IMG/VR virus record: IMGVR_UViG_3300010429_000387
Span: 160,001-224,000 of that record
Origin: a virus
Taxonomy: Duplodnaviria > Caudoviricetes
Direction: 5' to 3' (one strand)
Length of the DNA: 64,000 nucleotides
Shown here: piece after piece, positions 8,817 through 17,626 of the stretch
Layout of the letters: every line of letters starts with the position of its first letter
Position numbering within the stretch: the stretch's first letter is position 1
Program-made: the position numbers and the translations under genes
Notes under the pieces: generated by a model
Database searches by the model: none
What the model was told of the DNA's origin: nothing
The model's input: only the letters and a program-made list of their open reading frames with translations

Positions 8817-9541
8817 TGAACCCTCTCGCTTGGAAGACTCGGGTTGCACAGGCGTACCCCTTTGCACCTCAACCTCATCATCCAGGCGTGAGCCCTTCTG
8901 ACACACCCCCGGATGATGCAACTCACGTCATTTGGCAGGACCCGTCGTCCTACGACCCGTTCTTTCATGGACCCCCGTACCTGCCAGGAATGAAGGTCCG
9001 CATGGACAAGGCAGCCTCCTCCCGTTCTATCGTAGCCAAGGTGGTCTCGGCAGCAGGCCCGGACCTGTCCTCGGTTCTTGTGTTCCTCCGGTCCCTCGCC
9101 TTCATCCACCAGAGCCATCACTGGCTGACCTTCGGTGGTGACTACTACGGGGACCACCTGCTCTTCGAGCGTCTGTACGACCAGACCACAGAGGAGATCG
9201 ACCAGATTGCTGAGAAGGCAGTTGGGGTCGGGACCCCTGTTCAGAAGCTCCATCCTGGACTTCAGGCCAGCCTGGTCGCCCAAGTGGTGGCGAGCTTCTG
9301 CGGGAACGGGGTGACAGAAGGAGCGGGGGAGAGCCCCAACTCCTATGTGGAGACCAGCCTGAAGGCCGAAAGGCACTTCATCAACTGCATGAAGCAGATT
9401 GCCGAGGGGCTGAAGGCTACCGGCACACTCTCACGAGGGGTTGATAACCTCCTCGCTGGGATCGAAGACAAGCACGAGGGGCACATCTACCTCCTCGGGC
9501 AACGTTCCAAGGGTGACCCTTGGAAGGCTACCGGGGCCTGA
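8816..9541 (+). CDS. dps: Dps/ferritin-like protein with N-terminal extension
   Basis: HQSHHWLTFGGDYYGDHLLFERLYDQTTEEIDQIAEK matches the Dps ferroxidase signature (HW..G..H..E..D-x-IAE); C-terminal EDKHEGHIYLL. Confidence 0.8.
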   Translation: MNPLAWKTRVAQAYPFAPQPHHPGVSPSDTPPDDATHVIWQDPSSYDPFFHGPPYLPGMKVRMDKAASSRSIVAKVVSAAGPDLSSVLVFLRSLAFIHQSHHWLTFGGDYYGDHLLFERLYDQTTEEIDQIAEKAVGVGTPVQKLHPGLQASLVAQVVASFCGNGVTEGAGESPNSYVETSLKAERHFINCMKQIAEGLKATGTLSRGVDNLLAGIEDKHEGHIYLLGQRSKGDPWKATGA

Positions 9542-9575
9542 TACTCGGCATATCCAGATGAAAAGGAAGACCCAA

Positions 9576-10601
9576 ATGGCAAATGAATCGAACCAGACGT
9601 ATGGCGTCGGGGTGGATGTTGGTACCATGAACATCGTCTCCGCTCGCCAAGAGGGCGGAGTTGTCAAGACCAAGAGGGTGCGGGACGCCTTCATCGACCT
9701 CGAAGTAGAGGCGAAGAAGTCCCTCAAGATGGGGAAGGTCTCCTTCTACGAGGATGAGGACTCCGGTCAGCTCATCGTTCTCGGGGACTCAGCCCTCAAC
9801 ATGGCGAACCTCTTCAAGCGTGAAGTCCGGAGGCCCTTGGCGAAGGGCCTCATCTCTGCCGGGGAGCTAGATGCCCAGCGGGTTCTCTCCAAGCTCATTT
9901 TCAGCGTCCTGGGGGAGCCACTGACCGACAAGGAGCACTGCTACTACAGTGTTCCTGCTGAGCCCATCGACATGATGGACCAGGATGTGGTCTACCACAC
10001 CGAGGTCTTCCGTCAGATCGTGGAGGAGCACGACTACAAGGCTCACCCCATGAATGAGGCCATGGCGATCATCTACAGCCAGTGCCCAGACACCAGCTTT
10101 TCTGGCTTGGCAGTCTCCTTTGGCTCAGGGATGTGCAATGTTGCCCTGTCCTACCAGACGATGATGGGGTTGGACTTCTCCCTGGCCCGAGGTGGGGACT
10201 GGATTGACACCCATGCTGCCAAGGCCATCGGGTCCACGGCCAGTAGGATCTGCTCGCTCAAGGAGCGTGGTGGGTTCGACCTCTCTAGCCCACCAAGGGG
10301 GAATCGGGAGGCTGAGGCCATCTCCCTCTACATTCGTTCCCTCGTCCGGTACTGCCTGGAGAAGATTGCTGAGAAGGTTCGCCGTGAGCGCTCTGGGGCT
10401 GATCTGGAGGAGCCGATCCCCTTCGTTGTCTCAGGTGGGACAACCCTTGCCGAGGGCTTCATGACAGTCTTCCAGGAGGAGTTCCACTCTATCAAGAAGC
10501 GTGGGTTCCCCATTGCCATCTCGGAGGTTCGTCGGGCTAAGGACCCGATGACAGCGGTTGCAGAGGGGCTCCTTGTTCTAGCTATGCAGGAACACGAGTA
10601 A
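9576..10601 (+). CDS. Actin-like ATPase (MreB/ParM/MamK-type fold)
   Basis: Phosphate-1 GVDVGTMNI, YSVP, connect-1 NEAMA, phosphate-2 variant SFGSG, GGDWID, adenosine VVSGGT. RBS AAGGA precedes ATG 9576. Confidence 0.85.
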   Translation: MANESNQTYGVGVDVGTMNIVSARQEGGVVKTKRVRDAFIDLEVEAKKSLKMGKVSFYEDEDSGQLIVLGDSALNMANLFKREVRRPLAKGLISAGELDAQRVLSKLIFSVLGEPLTDKEHCYYSVPAEPIDMMDQDVVYHTEVFRQIVEEHDYKAHPMNEAMAIIYSQCPDTSFSGLAVSFGSGMCNVALSYQTMMGLDFSLARGGDWIDTHAAKAIGSTASRICSLKERGGFDLSSPPRGNREAEAISLYIRSLVRYCLEKIAEKVRRERSGADLEEPIPFVVSGGTTLAEGFMTVFQEEFHSIKKRGFPIAISEVRRAKDPMTAVAEGLLVLAMQEHE

Positions 10602-10605
10602 CCCT

Positions 10606-11799
10606 GTGTACTACTACCTGATCTCATCCCTGAAGAGGCGCCTGGTTCTGGAGCTGCAAGACAGCTTCAGTAAGCATCCTGTGTACGAGAAGGCAGTCCC
10701 GTATATCCAGAACAAGTACGCCTTCGATGAGCGACCTCAGTTCGGGATTGTGGTCAAGGGGGCCTCTGGGAACAAGGTCCAGCTCTCAGCCGAGAACTTC
10801 GTTGGCGTGGTTCAGAGCCACGTCATGTTGGCCTTCCTGGACACCCCCTCCTATCTGTTGGAGTGGGTTCGAGAGGACCTGAACACCATCAAGGAGAATG
10901 GGGATCAGGTCCCCGTTCAAGCGGGGGTCTACTACATCGAGTGCCTGACTGCCCCAACCAATCAGGGGGAGGCTGGCACCTTCGTGATAGACCCCCTTCT
11001 CACTGTCACCGATGAGCCCCTCCTCAAGGTGATCTCAGGGGTTGAGCGGACAGCCCACCTTCAGAATGAGCCGGTCTCTGGAACTCTGAGGCTCTGGGAG
11101 AACCGTAGGACCCCCCTTCTTGAGGGTCGGGACTACACTGTCGATGGGCAGGAGGTCACGATCCTCGGGAGGCTCCTCCCAGGGGCGGTCATCACAGCGG
11201 ACTACCGCTATGCTGCCCCGTCGATAGGCCCCATTGAGTGGAAGTGGAACACCTCGAACTGGAAGACTCTTCCAGGGGTGGTCATGGCCTTCGGGAAGAG
11301 GGGTAAGCCTGGTGACAAGCAGGCGGTGGTGATCTACGAGGACAGAGTTGATGTCGCCAACGCCTACGGGGGTCGCTTCGAGGCTTCCTTCGACCTTGAC
11401 GTGATTGCCCAGGACCCGATCCAGATGGAGGAGATGGCAGACTACGTTGTCATGTCTCTCTGGGGAGAGAAGAGAAGTGCCCTTTCATTCGAGGGCATCG
11501 AGATTCTTGACCTTTCAATGGGTGGTGAGGCAGAGGAAGCGTATGACGAGAACGCTGACCTCTACTACTACAATGCTTCCCTGTCTATTCAGTTGCAAGC
11601 GGACTGGGAGATTCACGTCCCCATGCCGTTTACAGTCAGTCGTGCCGTTGCTTTCACACGTTCTGCCGAGGCAGCCATGAACGCAGATCGTAGTGGGTAC
11701 GGAGAGTCAAGCATAAGGGCCTACTCTCAAGGTGGTCTCTTCTTGGCTACAGTCCCGGTCATTGTTGGTCGGAACAGCTCGTATGAGCGAATCACATAA
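10606..11799 (+). CDS. Probable tail terminator/completion protein with inserted Ig-like domain
   Basis: GTG start; upstream of the sheath. C-terminal FDLDVIAQDPIQMEEMADYV..YYYNASLSIQLQADW pattern resembles the terminator fold. Confidence 0.5.
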   Translation: MYYYLISSLKRRLVLELQDSFSKHPVYEKAVPYIQNKYAFDERPQFGIVVKGASGNKVQLSAENFVGVVQSHVMLAFLDTPSYLLEWVREDLNTIKENGDQVPVQAGVYYIECLTAPTNQGEAGTFVIDPLLTVTDEPLLKVISGVERTAHLQNEPVSGTLRLWENRRTPLLEGRDYTVDGQEVTILGRLLPGAVITADYRYAAPSIGPIEWKWNTSNWKTLPGVVMAFGKRGKPGDKQAVVIYEDRVDVANAYGGRFEASFDLDVIAQDPIQMEEMADYVVMSLWGEKRSALSFEGIEILDLSMGGEAEEAYDENADLYYYNASLSIQLQADWEIHVPMPFTVSRAVAFTRSAEAAMNADRSGYGESSIRAYSQGGLFLATVPVIVGRNSSYERIT

Positions 11800-11819
11800 G
11801 ATGAAGAAGGAATGAACCC

Positions 11820-12260
11820 ATGCCCAAGTACGTCTTTGAGTGCCAGACCTGCTCTACACGGTTCGAGCGTACCCTGAAGATGGGGGACCACCCGACTCAG
11901 CCCTGTCCTTCTTGCAAGGAGGATGCCCCTAGACTCTTTGCAGGTAATGGGTTTGGGTTCGGATTCTCTGCCCCTGCCAACGCTGCCCCAGCAAATACAG
12001 GGGTTCACAGTCAGGACTACCCGACTGCTGACCAGATTGTTGGTCGGAGTGCAGAGCAACGGTGGGGAACCTACAACAAGCGGGACGAAGTCAAGAAGAA
12101 GGTGCGTGAAGAGGGCAAGAGCCCAGCCCTGGCTCGCTTGGATGGAGATGGATACACCGAGTATTCGGCTATGGCCCCGGAAGAGCGAGGGGCTAGGGAG
12201 AAACTGGTGGACTATGCCGTCCAGATAGAGAAACAGCCCGAAGCAAAGCCACCCCAATAA
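11820..12260 (+). CDS. FmdB-family zinc-ribbon protein
   Basis: MPKYVFECQTCSTRFE...PCPSCK (MPxYxxxCxxC..CPxC). Confidence 0.8.
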   Translation: MPKYVFECQTCSTRFERTLKMGDHPTQPCPSCKEDAPRLFAGNGFGFGFSAPANAAPANTGVHSQDYPTADQIVGRSAEQRWGTYNKRDEVKKKVREEGKSPALARLDGDGYTEYSAMAPEERGAREKLVDYAVQIEKQPEAKPPQ

Positions 12261-12293
12261 AGTGTTGTTTTGACTTGTGTAGGGTAGAAACCA

Positions 12294-12448
12294 TCCGGTA
12301 CTCGCAGACCGGACACTAGATGTAGATCGACTCAAATCAGATTGCTGCCAGATGGTTGCCCTCTGGGGCCATCACAAACACCGAGGAATTTCCTCGGAAG
12401 ATCAGATCGGATGACATCCCCCAGAACTGATTTGAGGAGAATCGGATG
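12294..12448 (+). promoter_or_regulatory. Structured YAGAY-repeat leader or ncRNA upstream of the sheath gene (element 1)
   Basis: About 12 YRRAY-type pentamers. Hairpins at 12294-12313, 12351-12373 and 12381-12397. Ends at RBS GAGGAG and CGGATG start. Confidence 0.55.
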
Positions 12449-15400
12449 GCCCTCGGACCTTTCTCTACCTACGTACCCCCTGGCGTTTACTCTCGCACCC
12501 TGACCGAAGCGAACGTTGCGGCCCTAGTGGCTGGACTTCGCATCCCCGTGATCATCGGGGTCGGCCAAGAGGAGCTGGAACAGCTCGACCTTGAAATGGT
12601 GCGAGGCTCTTCTTCGACTCTCGATCAGCAGATCGTGAACGAGGATGTGACCCTCCGCTGGATCGTGGACGACACCAACCCCACGAACCCGACCCTTGGT
12701 GCGAACGACGGGACCAAGACCCGGTTCAAGGTTCGCAACTTCCCGTTGGTTGACGGGCAAGGCTTCGGCCGTACCACGAACGATGTCCGGTCTGTGACCG
12801 TGACCGTCGATGGGATCCCGGTGGCCGTTGGATCTGTTCGGGGCTCCTCTGGAGAGGTCATCCTTCAGGTTCCCCCTCCTTCCACGGCAGTGGTCCGATG
12901 CACCTACTTCTTCCATCGTGGTGACACGGCCTTCACGGATGACGTGTCGGACCAGGTCACTGCTACGGCTGCCACGATCATCACCCCTGGCTTCGAGCCC
13001 TACAACATCGTGGCTGGCTCCAACGACACCCTGAAGATCCGGGTGGACGGTGGAGTGGAGTACACGGTGACGTTCCTCCCTGGTTCTGGAACCACGGCGG
13101 CTTCGCTCAAGACCCAGATTGATGCCGGAGTCATTGCCGGGCTGTCTACCTCGGTCTTCGTCGCCAACGACGGAAGCAACCACCTTCAGTTCACGGCCCA
13201 GACCTCTATCGAGATCGGGACCGGAAGTGTCAACGGGATCCTCGGTCTCTCCAATGGGCAGAAGACCTCCCGGAACCAGAGCTTCAGGGTCTACCAGATC
13301 CCGATGGTCGATGGGACCTCTGGGGGCGTTACCACTACCGACCCCTCGAAGGTGGTGGTCAAAGTCAACAACGTCCAGGTGATCCCGACCTCGGTCGATG
13401 GTACTCATGGTCTTGTGACCCTTGGCTTCGCACCCCCTCCAGGGTCGAGCGTGGTCATCACCTACTGGGCCAACACCTGGCAGGACACCTTTGACTACCT
13501 CCCCAACACCCTGGTCACCAACGTCATTCGGGCGGGAATCTCCCCGAACCGTAGCGACTACATCCAGGGCCAGGACTTCGTGGTGAGCAACCCGTCTCCG
13601 GACGTGTCGATCATCCACTGGGGTGCCAGCTACTCCGTCTCCTCGACCCTCAGGACACCCGGTGCTGAGCCTCTGGATGAGTCTCAGATTATCCCGACGA
13701 TGGTGGACGACAAGCTGTGGTTGGCCCCTTGCACGGCCTTCGTGGACACCTCGGTCATCCCGGCCAGGGCAAGCACCACGGTCTTCGTGCTCCCCGAGGT
13801 CCCCACCACAGGGAACGGCCGTGACACGGTTCTCGGGACCCAGACCTACAGCAGCATCGCCAATAGCCGGATGGACCTCGTCACGAACCGTCCGGACCTG
13901 GTGATTGCCCGAGTGGGCAGAACCCTCCGTGATGCCCTCGGTCGCCCAGCGGCCAAGGTGGTTGCGGTGGATGGGTCTTCCAAGAAGATCGTCCTCAAGG
14001 ACCCGCTTCCCCCGGACTGGAACGTGTATGCCACGTTCAACTACAGCCGTCTGGTGGATGACACCTATATCTTCACCAACAAGACCCCAGGCCCCATCGG
14101 CCAGGGTCAGTACGAGGTCTTCTCCTCGCTCTTCAACTCGAACCTCTATCAGGTTCGGTTCGGGAGCAAGGGTGGTGGTCTTGTTGAGACCGTCCAGTGG
14201 CCCCGTGGTGTCGAGCAGGTTCCGGATGCCATGCACGTTGGTGGCACCCCGGTTGGCGAGACCGTGACTGTGACCTTCGGTCAGGCAGCCGCTACGAATG
14301 CGGTGTTCACGAACAAGGGTGCCCAGCCCTTCTCGTTCTACAGCCCTTCTTCGGCTACCTGGAGGACCCTCCTCAACGGGAATCCGGTGGTCAGCACCAA
14401 CCTGGTGACTGCCTCCCGAGCCTACATGGTCAGCAAGCCGGTCAAGCTGTCTGGTGGAGGGAACATCACCATCACCAGTGCCTCGAACGACCTGTTCAAC
14501 CTCACCATCGACGGTGTGGACATCGACGTTTCACTGACCCCCGGAACCAGGACCCCGGCCCAGATCGCTACAGACATCAATGCAGCGATTGATGCCGACC
14601 CGGCCTTCTCCTCGGTCACGAACAACTACATGTGTACGGCAATCCCTGGCCCTGGGACTGGCTACACCTTCTTCGTGATCCGTAGCTACTCGACTCCGGG
14701 TGCTCTCCCTGGTGGCTTCGATCACCAGAGCTACGTCCGGATTCGTCAGGGAACGGCGGAAAGCACTCTCGGGTTCACGACCTTCCAGCGTGCTGACGGT
14801 ACCACGGGTGCAGTCAACAAGCCTGCAACCCTCGTTGGGGCCAATGCGGAGGCTTTCGTCTTCACAAGCGGCCTGAACGATGTGCTCAAGGTCCGGATCA
14901 ATGGGGTGGACTTCCAGGTCACGATCAACCCCTCTTCGACCACGGCAACCCTGGTGGTGGCGGACATCAATGCCGTCATCGCTTCTCAGGGCACTGCCTC
15001 GGTAGGAACTCTGGGCAACCTGAACCACGTCCGTATCACGAGCAACATCAACTCCGAGCAGTCCTCGGTGGTGATCCTCAATGGTTCGGCAAATGCCACT
15101 CTCGGCTTCAGTGAGGGTGACTTCGCCAGCCAGTCTCGGGTCAACGTCCAAGAGGTGGTCAACCGCCTCATGGCTACCCCGAACATTGCAGTCACCTCCT
15201 GGGGTTCTGCTGGAAGCCCTGGAACGGCTCCGACTGCCAACACCACGGGTGCGGTGGTCTACCCGACAACCATCGCTGGGCAGGTCTACTTGACCATCGA
15301 GTCCCTGGTGGTGGGTTCTGCCTCCTCCATCGCCTTCGGGACGGGTGCCAACTCGGCCTTCAACATCCTCACTGGAACCCAGATCACCCCTGGGACCGAT

Positions 15401-16765
15401 GGGGACAATGGGGAAGATGCCACGGACAACTTCGTGGTCACCTCGACCAACCCCTATGGCTCTGCCGGAACGGGCGTCCCTGGGCAGACCTACACGGATG
15501 AGCGCACGGGCCTCAGGTTCACGGTCCTCCCGGCTTCGGGTGGTTCGTACACCTCTGGTGGGCACTTCTCCCTGAACGTCTCCCAGACCTTCGAGGTGAA
15601 CCCTGGGGTCCCCTTCCTGGCAATCCCAGGCTTGGAGACCATCGTGACGAACACGGTCAACGTGGGAGTCAACGACACGGCCAACGTCCAGACCTTCAAC
15701 CCGAGCGGGCTGGAGCCGAAGAACGGGGACTTCTACTTCATCTCCTACCGGTTCCTGAAGCAGGACTACTCGACCAGGATCTACCGTCAGTTCAAGACCA
15801 TCGAGGCGAACTACGGCAAGCTCTCAGCCGAGAACCGGGTCACCCTTGGAGCCTACTTGGCGATCCTCAACGGGGCCGTCCTGGTGGGTGTCAAGCAAGT
15901 CCACAAGGTCCCCAACACGAACCAGGCGTCTGCTCAGGTCTTCATCGACGCCATCAACAACCTCGCAACCCCGCTGCCTGGGAACATCAAGCCTGACCTC
16001 CTGGTCCCCCTCTCGACGGACACAGCGGTCTACTCGTTCCTGACCCAGCATTGCGAGATCATGAGCAACATCCGCAACCAGTCGGAGCGGATGGGCTTCA
16101 TCGGGTTCGCTTCGGGTACCAGCCCCACGAATGCTCAGACGGTGGCCCGTAGCCTCTTCAGCCAGAGGATCGTCGCCTTCTACCCGGACTCGGCAGTCAT
16201 CACCCTCTCGAATGAGCTTGGTGAGACCTTCGAGACCCTGGTGGACGGAACCTTCTTCGCTGCTGCTGCTTCGGGTGCGGTCTGCTCCCCAGCAGTTGAC
16301 GTGGCAACCCCCTACACCCGTCGTCGGATTCAGGGCTTCACCCGGATCCCCCGTATCCTCGACCCGGTGGAAGCCAACCAGACTGCGGTTGCTGGTGTGA
16401 CCCTCCTGGAGGACCTGGACCCCATCGTCCGGATTCGTCAGGGCCTCACGACCAACATGACCTCGGTCCTCACCCGTCTCCCGACGGTCACCCAGATTGC
16501 TGACTATGTCAGCATCAACAGCCGCTCGGTCCTCGATGCCTTCGTCGGGACCAAGTTCCTGTCGAGCCGGACCAATGAAGTCGAGGTCTCGATGACCTCG
16601 CTCTTCAACCAGCTCATCCAGCAGGAGATCGTGGCTGCCTTCACGGGTATCTCGGCAGTCATCGACCCAGAGGATCCCACGATTCTCCGTGCCGAAGCCT
16701 ACTACCAGCCGATCTTCCCGCTCCTGTACCTGGTCCTCACGTTCAACCTGCGTGCCCGGATCTGA
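12446..16765 (+). CDS. Tail sheath protein (1439 aa) with multiple inserted domains
   Basis: N-terminal YVPPGVYSRT..IPVIIG. C-terminal sheath domain ERMGFIG..RIVAFYP..VRIRQGLTT..DAFVG..YYQPIFPLLYLVLTFNL. Confidence 0.9.
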   Translation: MALGPFSTYVPPGVYSRTLTEANVAALVAGLRIPVIIGVGQEELEQLDLEMVRGSSSTLDQQIVNEDVTLRWIVDDTNPTNPTLGANDGTKTRFKVRNFPLVDGQGFGRTTNDVRSVTVTVDGIPVAVGSVRGSSGEVILQVPPPSTAVVRCTYFFHRGDTAFTDDVSDQVTATAATIITPGFEPYNIVAGSNDTLKIRVDGGVEYTVTFLPGSGTTAASLKTQIDAGVIAGLSTSVFVANDGSNHLQFTAQTSIEIGTGSVNGILGLSNGQKTSRNQSFRVYQIPMVDGTSGGVTTTDPSKVVVKVNNVQVIPTSVDGTHGLVTLGFAPPPGSSVVITYWANTWQDTFDYLPNTLVTNVIRAGISPNRSDYIQGQDFVVSNPSPDVSIIHWGASYSVSSTLRTPGAEPLDESQIIPTMVDDKLWLAPCTAFVDTSVIPARASTTVFVLPEVPTTGNGRDTVLGTQTYSSIANSRMDLVTNRPDLVIARVGRTLRDALGRPAAKVVAVDGSSKKIVLKDPLPPDWNVYATFNYSRLVDDTYIFTNKTPGPIGQGQYEVFSSLFNSNLYQVRFGSKGGGLVETVQWPRGVEQVPDAMHVGGTPVGETVTVTFGQAAATNAVFTNKGAQPFSFYSPSSATWRTLLNGNPVVSTNLVTASRAYMVSKPVKLSGGGNITITSASNDLFNLTIDGVDIDVSLTPGTRTPAQIATDINAAIDADPAFSSVTNNYMCTAIPGPGTGYTFFVIRSYSTPGALPGGFDHQSYVRIRQGTAESTLGFTTFQRADGTTGAVNKPATLVGANAEAFVFTSGLNDVLKVRINGVDFQVTINPSSTTATLVVADINAVIASQGTASVGTLGNLNHVRITSNINSEQSSVVILNGSANATLGFSEGDFASQSRVNVQEVVNRLMATPNIAVTSWGSAGSPGTAPTANTTGAVVYPTTIAGQVYLTIESLVVGSASSIAFGTGANSAFNILTGTQITPGTDGDNGEDATDNFVVTSTNPYGSAGTGVPGQTYTDERTGLRFTVLPASGGSYTSGGHFSLNVSQTFEVNPGVPFLAIPGLETIVTNTVNVGVNDTANVQTFNPSGLEPKNGDFYFISYRFLKQDYSTRIYRQFKTIEANYGKLSAENRVTLGAYLAILNGAVLVGVKQVHKVPNTNQASAQVFIDAINNLATPLPGNIKPDLLVPLSTDTAVYSFLTQHCEIMSNIRNQSERMGFIGFASGTSPTNAQTVARSLFSQRIVAFYPDSAVITLSNELGETFETLVDGTFFAAAASGAVCSPAVDVATPYTRRRIQGFTRIPRILDPVEANQTAVAGVTLLEDLDPIVRIRQGLTTNMTSVLTRLPTVTQIADYVSINSRSVLDAFVGTKFLSSRTNEVEVSMTSLFNQLIQQEIVAAFTGISAVIDPEDPTILRAEAYYQPIFPLLYLVLTFNLRARI

Positions 16766-16782
16766 TTCGTAAGTAGGCTTGG

Positions 16783-16823
16783 AAACGGCCGTATCTCTTC
16801 GGAGGTACGGCCGTTTTCGTTTT
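16783..16823 (+). terminator. Intrinsic terminator after the sheath gene
   Basis: AAACGGCCGTATCT-C(TTCG)G-AGGTACGGCCGTTT stem with a cUUCGg tetraloop, followed by TCGTTTT. Confidence 0.85.
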
Positions 16824-16839
16824 ATGACCCTCTGTGAGT

Positions 16840-17598
16840 ATGGCCTACGTCCCGTCCACTATCTATCGAACGGTGTACGACATCAACTTCACTGCCGAGA
16901 GTTCCCAGACTTTCAGCGCTGATCAGAACTACACCATGGGCGGGGCGACATGGGTGAAGCAGGGGACCTCTTATGAAGACTCGGCCGCTTCTGTTGGCTC
17001 CGGGGGCCTTGTCATACGCCCAAACCAGACTTCAGATTGGAACATTACGGGAAGCGGACGCAACCTTCCTATGTTGAAGCTCCCTATCAAGAACGCATTC
17101 AGTGGGTTCTCCATGCCAAGTAGGCTTAGGGTCTGGGCCTACAACCCAAGCAATGATGCCGCCAACAACTATGAGGATGCGGTCATCACCGTTGGGTCTG
17201 GGGATTCAACTCTTGAGTTTGTTGTCAAGAGAGGACGGGGTCTGAGTGGGAATGGACTCTCACCGGCCTACACGTCTACAGTCGTCAGGGGTAACAACTA
17301 CCTAGACAACGTGATGACCCTAGGAACTTCAAATGATGTCATCGTGTTTGACATTCCAAGCCTGTACATGGCGAACTTCAAGGTGTACTACGGCGCATAC
17401 ACTGCGAACGGTTGGCCTGGACTTGGATCGATGAGTTTGGCCTTGCCTTGGGACTACTACGCCAGCAACTTGGTCTCAGCCTCTATCCTCACTGCTTTGG
17501 CCTCTGATAAAGTCTCAGTGTGCCTAGGGGCTCAGAGGTCTGGTTCTGGGACAGCCTACACAGTCAGGTTTGACCGACTCCGGATCGATGTGGGCTAG
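16840..17598 (+). CDS. Hypothetical beta-rich (lectin-like?) protein
   Basis: ~252-aa Ser/Gly/Asn/Tyr-rich ORF with lower GC than the sheath; alternative GTG start at 16834. Confidence 0.55.
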   Translation: MAYVPSTIYRTVYDINFTAESSQTFSADQNYTMGGATWVKQGTSYEDSAASVGSGGLVIRPNQTSDWNITGSGRNLPMLKLPIKNAFSGFSMPSRLRVWAYNPSNDAANNYEDAVITVGSGDSTLEFVVKRGRGLSGNGLSPAYTSTVVRGNNYLDNVMTLGTSNDVIVFDIPSLYMANFKVYYGAYTANGWPGLGSMSLALPWDYYASNLVSASILTALASDKVSVCLGAQRSGSGTAYTVRFDRLRIDVG

Positions 17599-17626
17599 AA
17601 TCCTTCTATGCAGCGGAGCAAGTGAC

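Noticed and set aside
12524-14236. Long minus-strand ORFs (570 aa here; also 20517..21692, 40587..41585 and others)
   Set aside because: These are antisense shadows of strongly codon-biased + strand genes, with no motifs or RBS.
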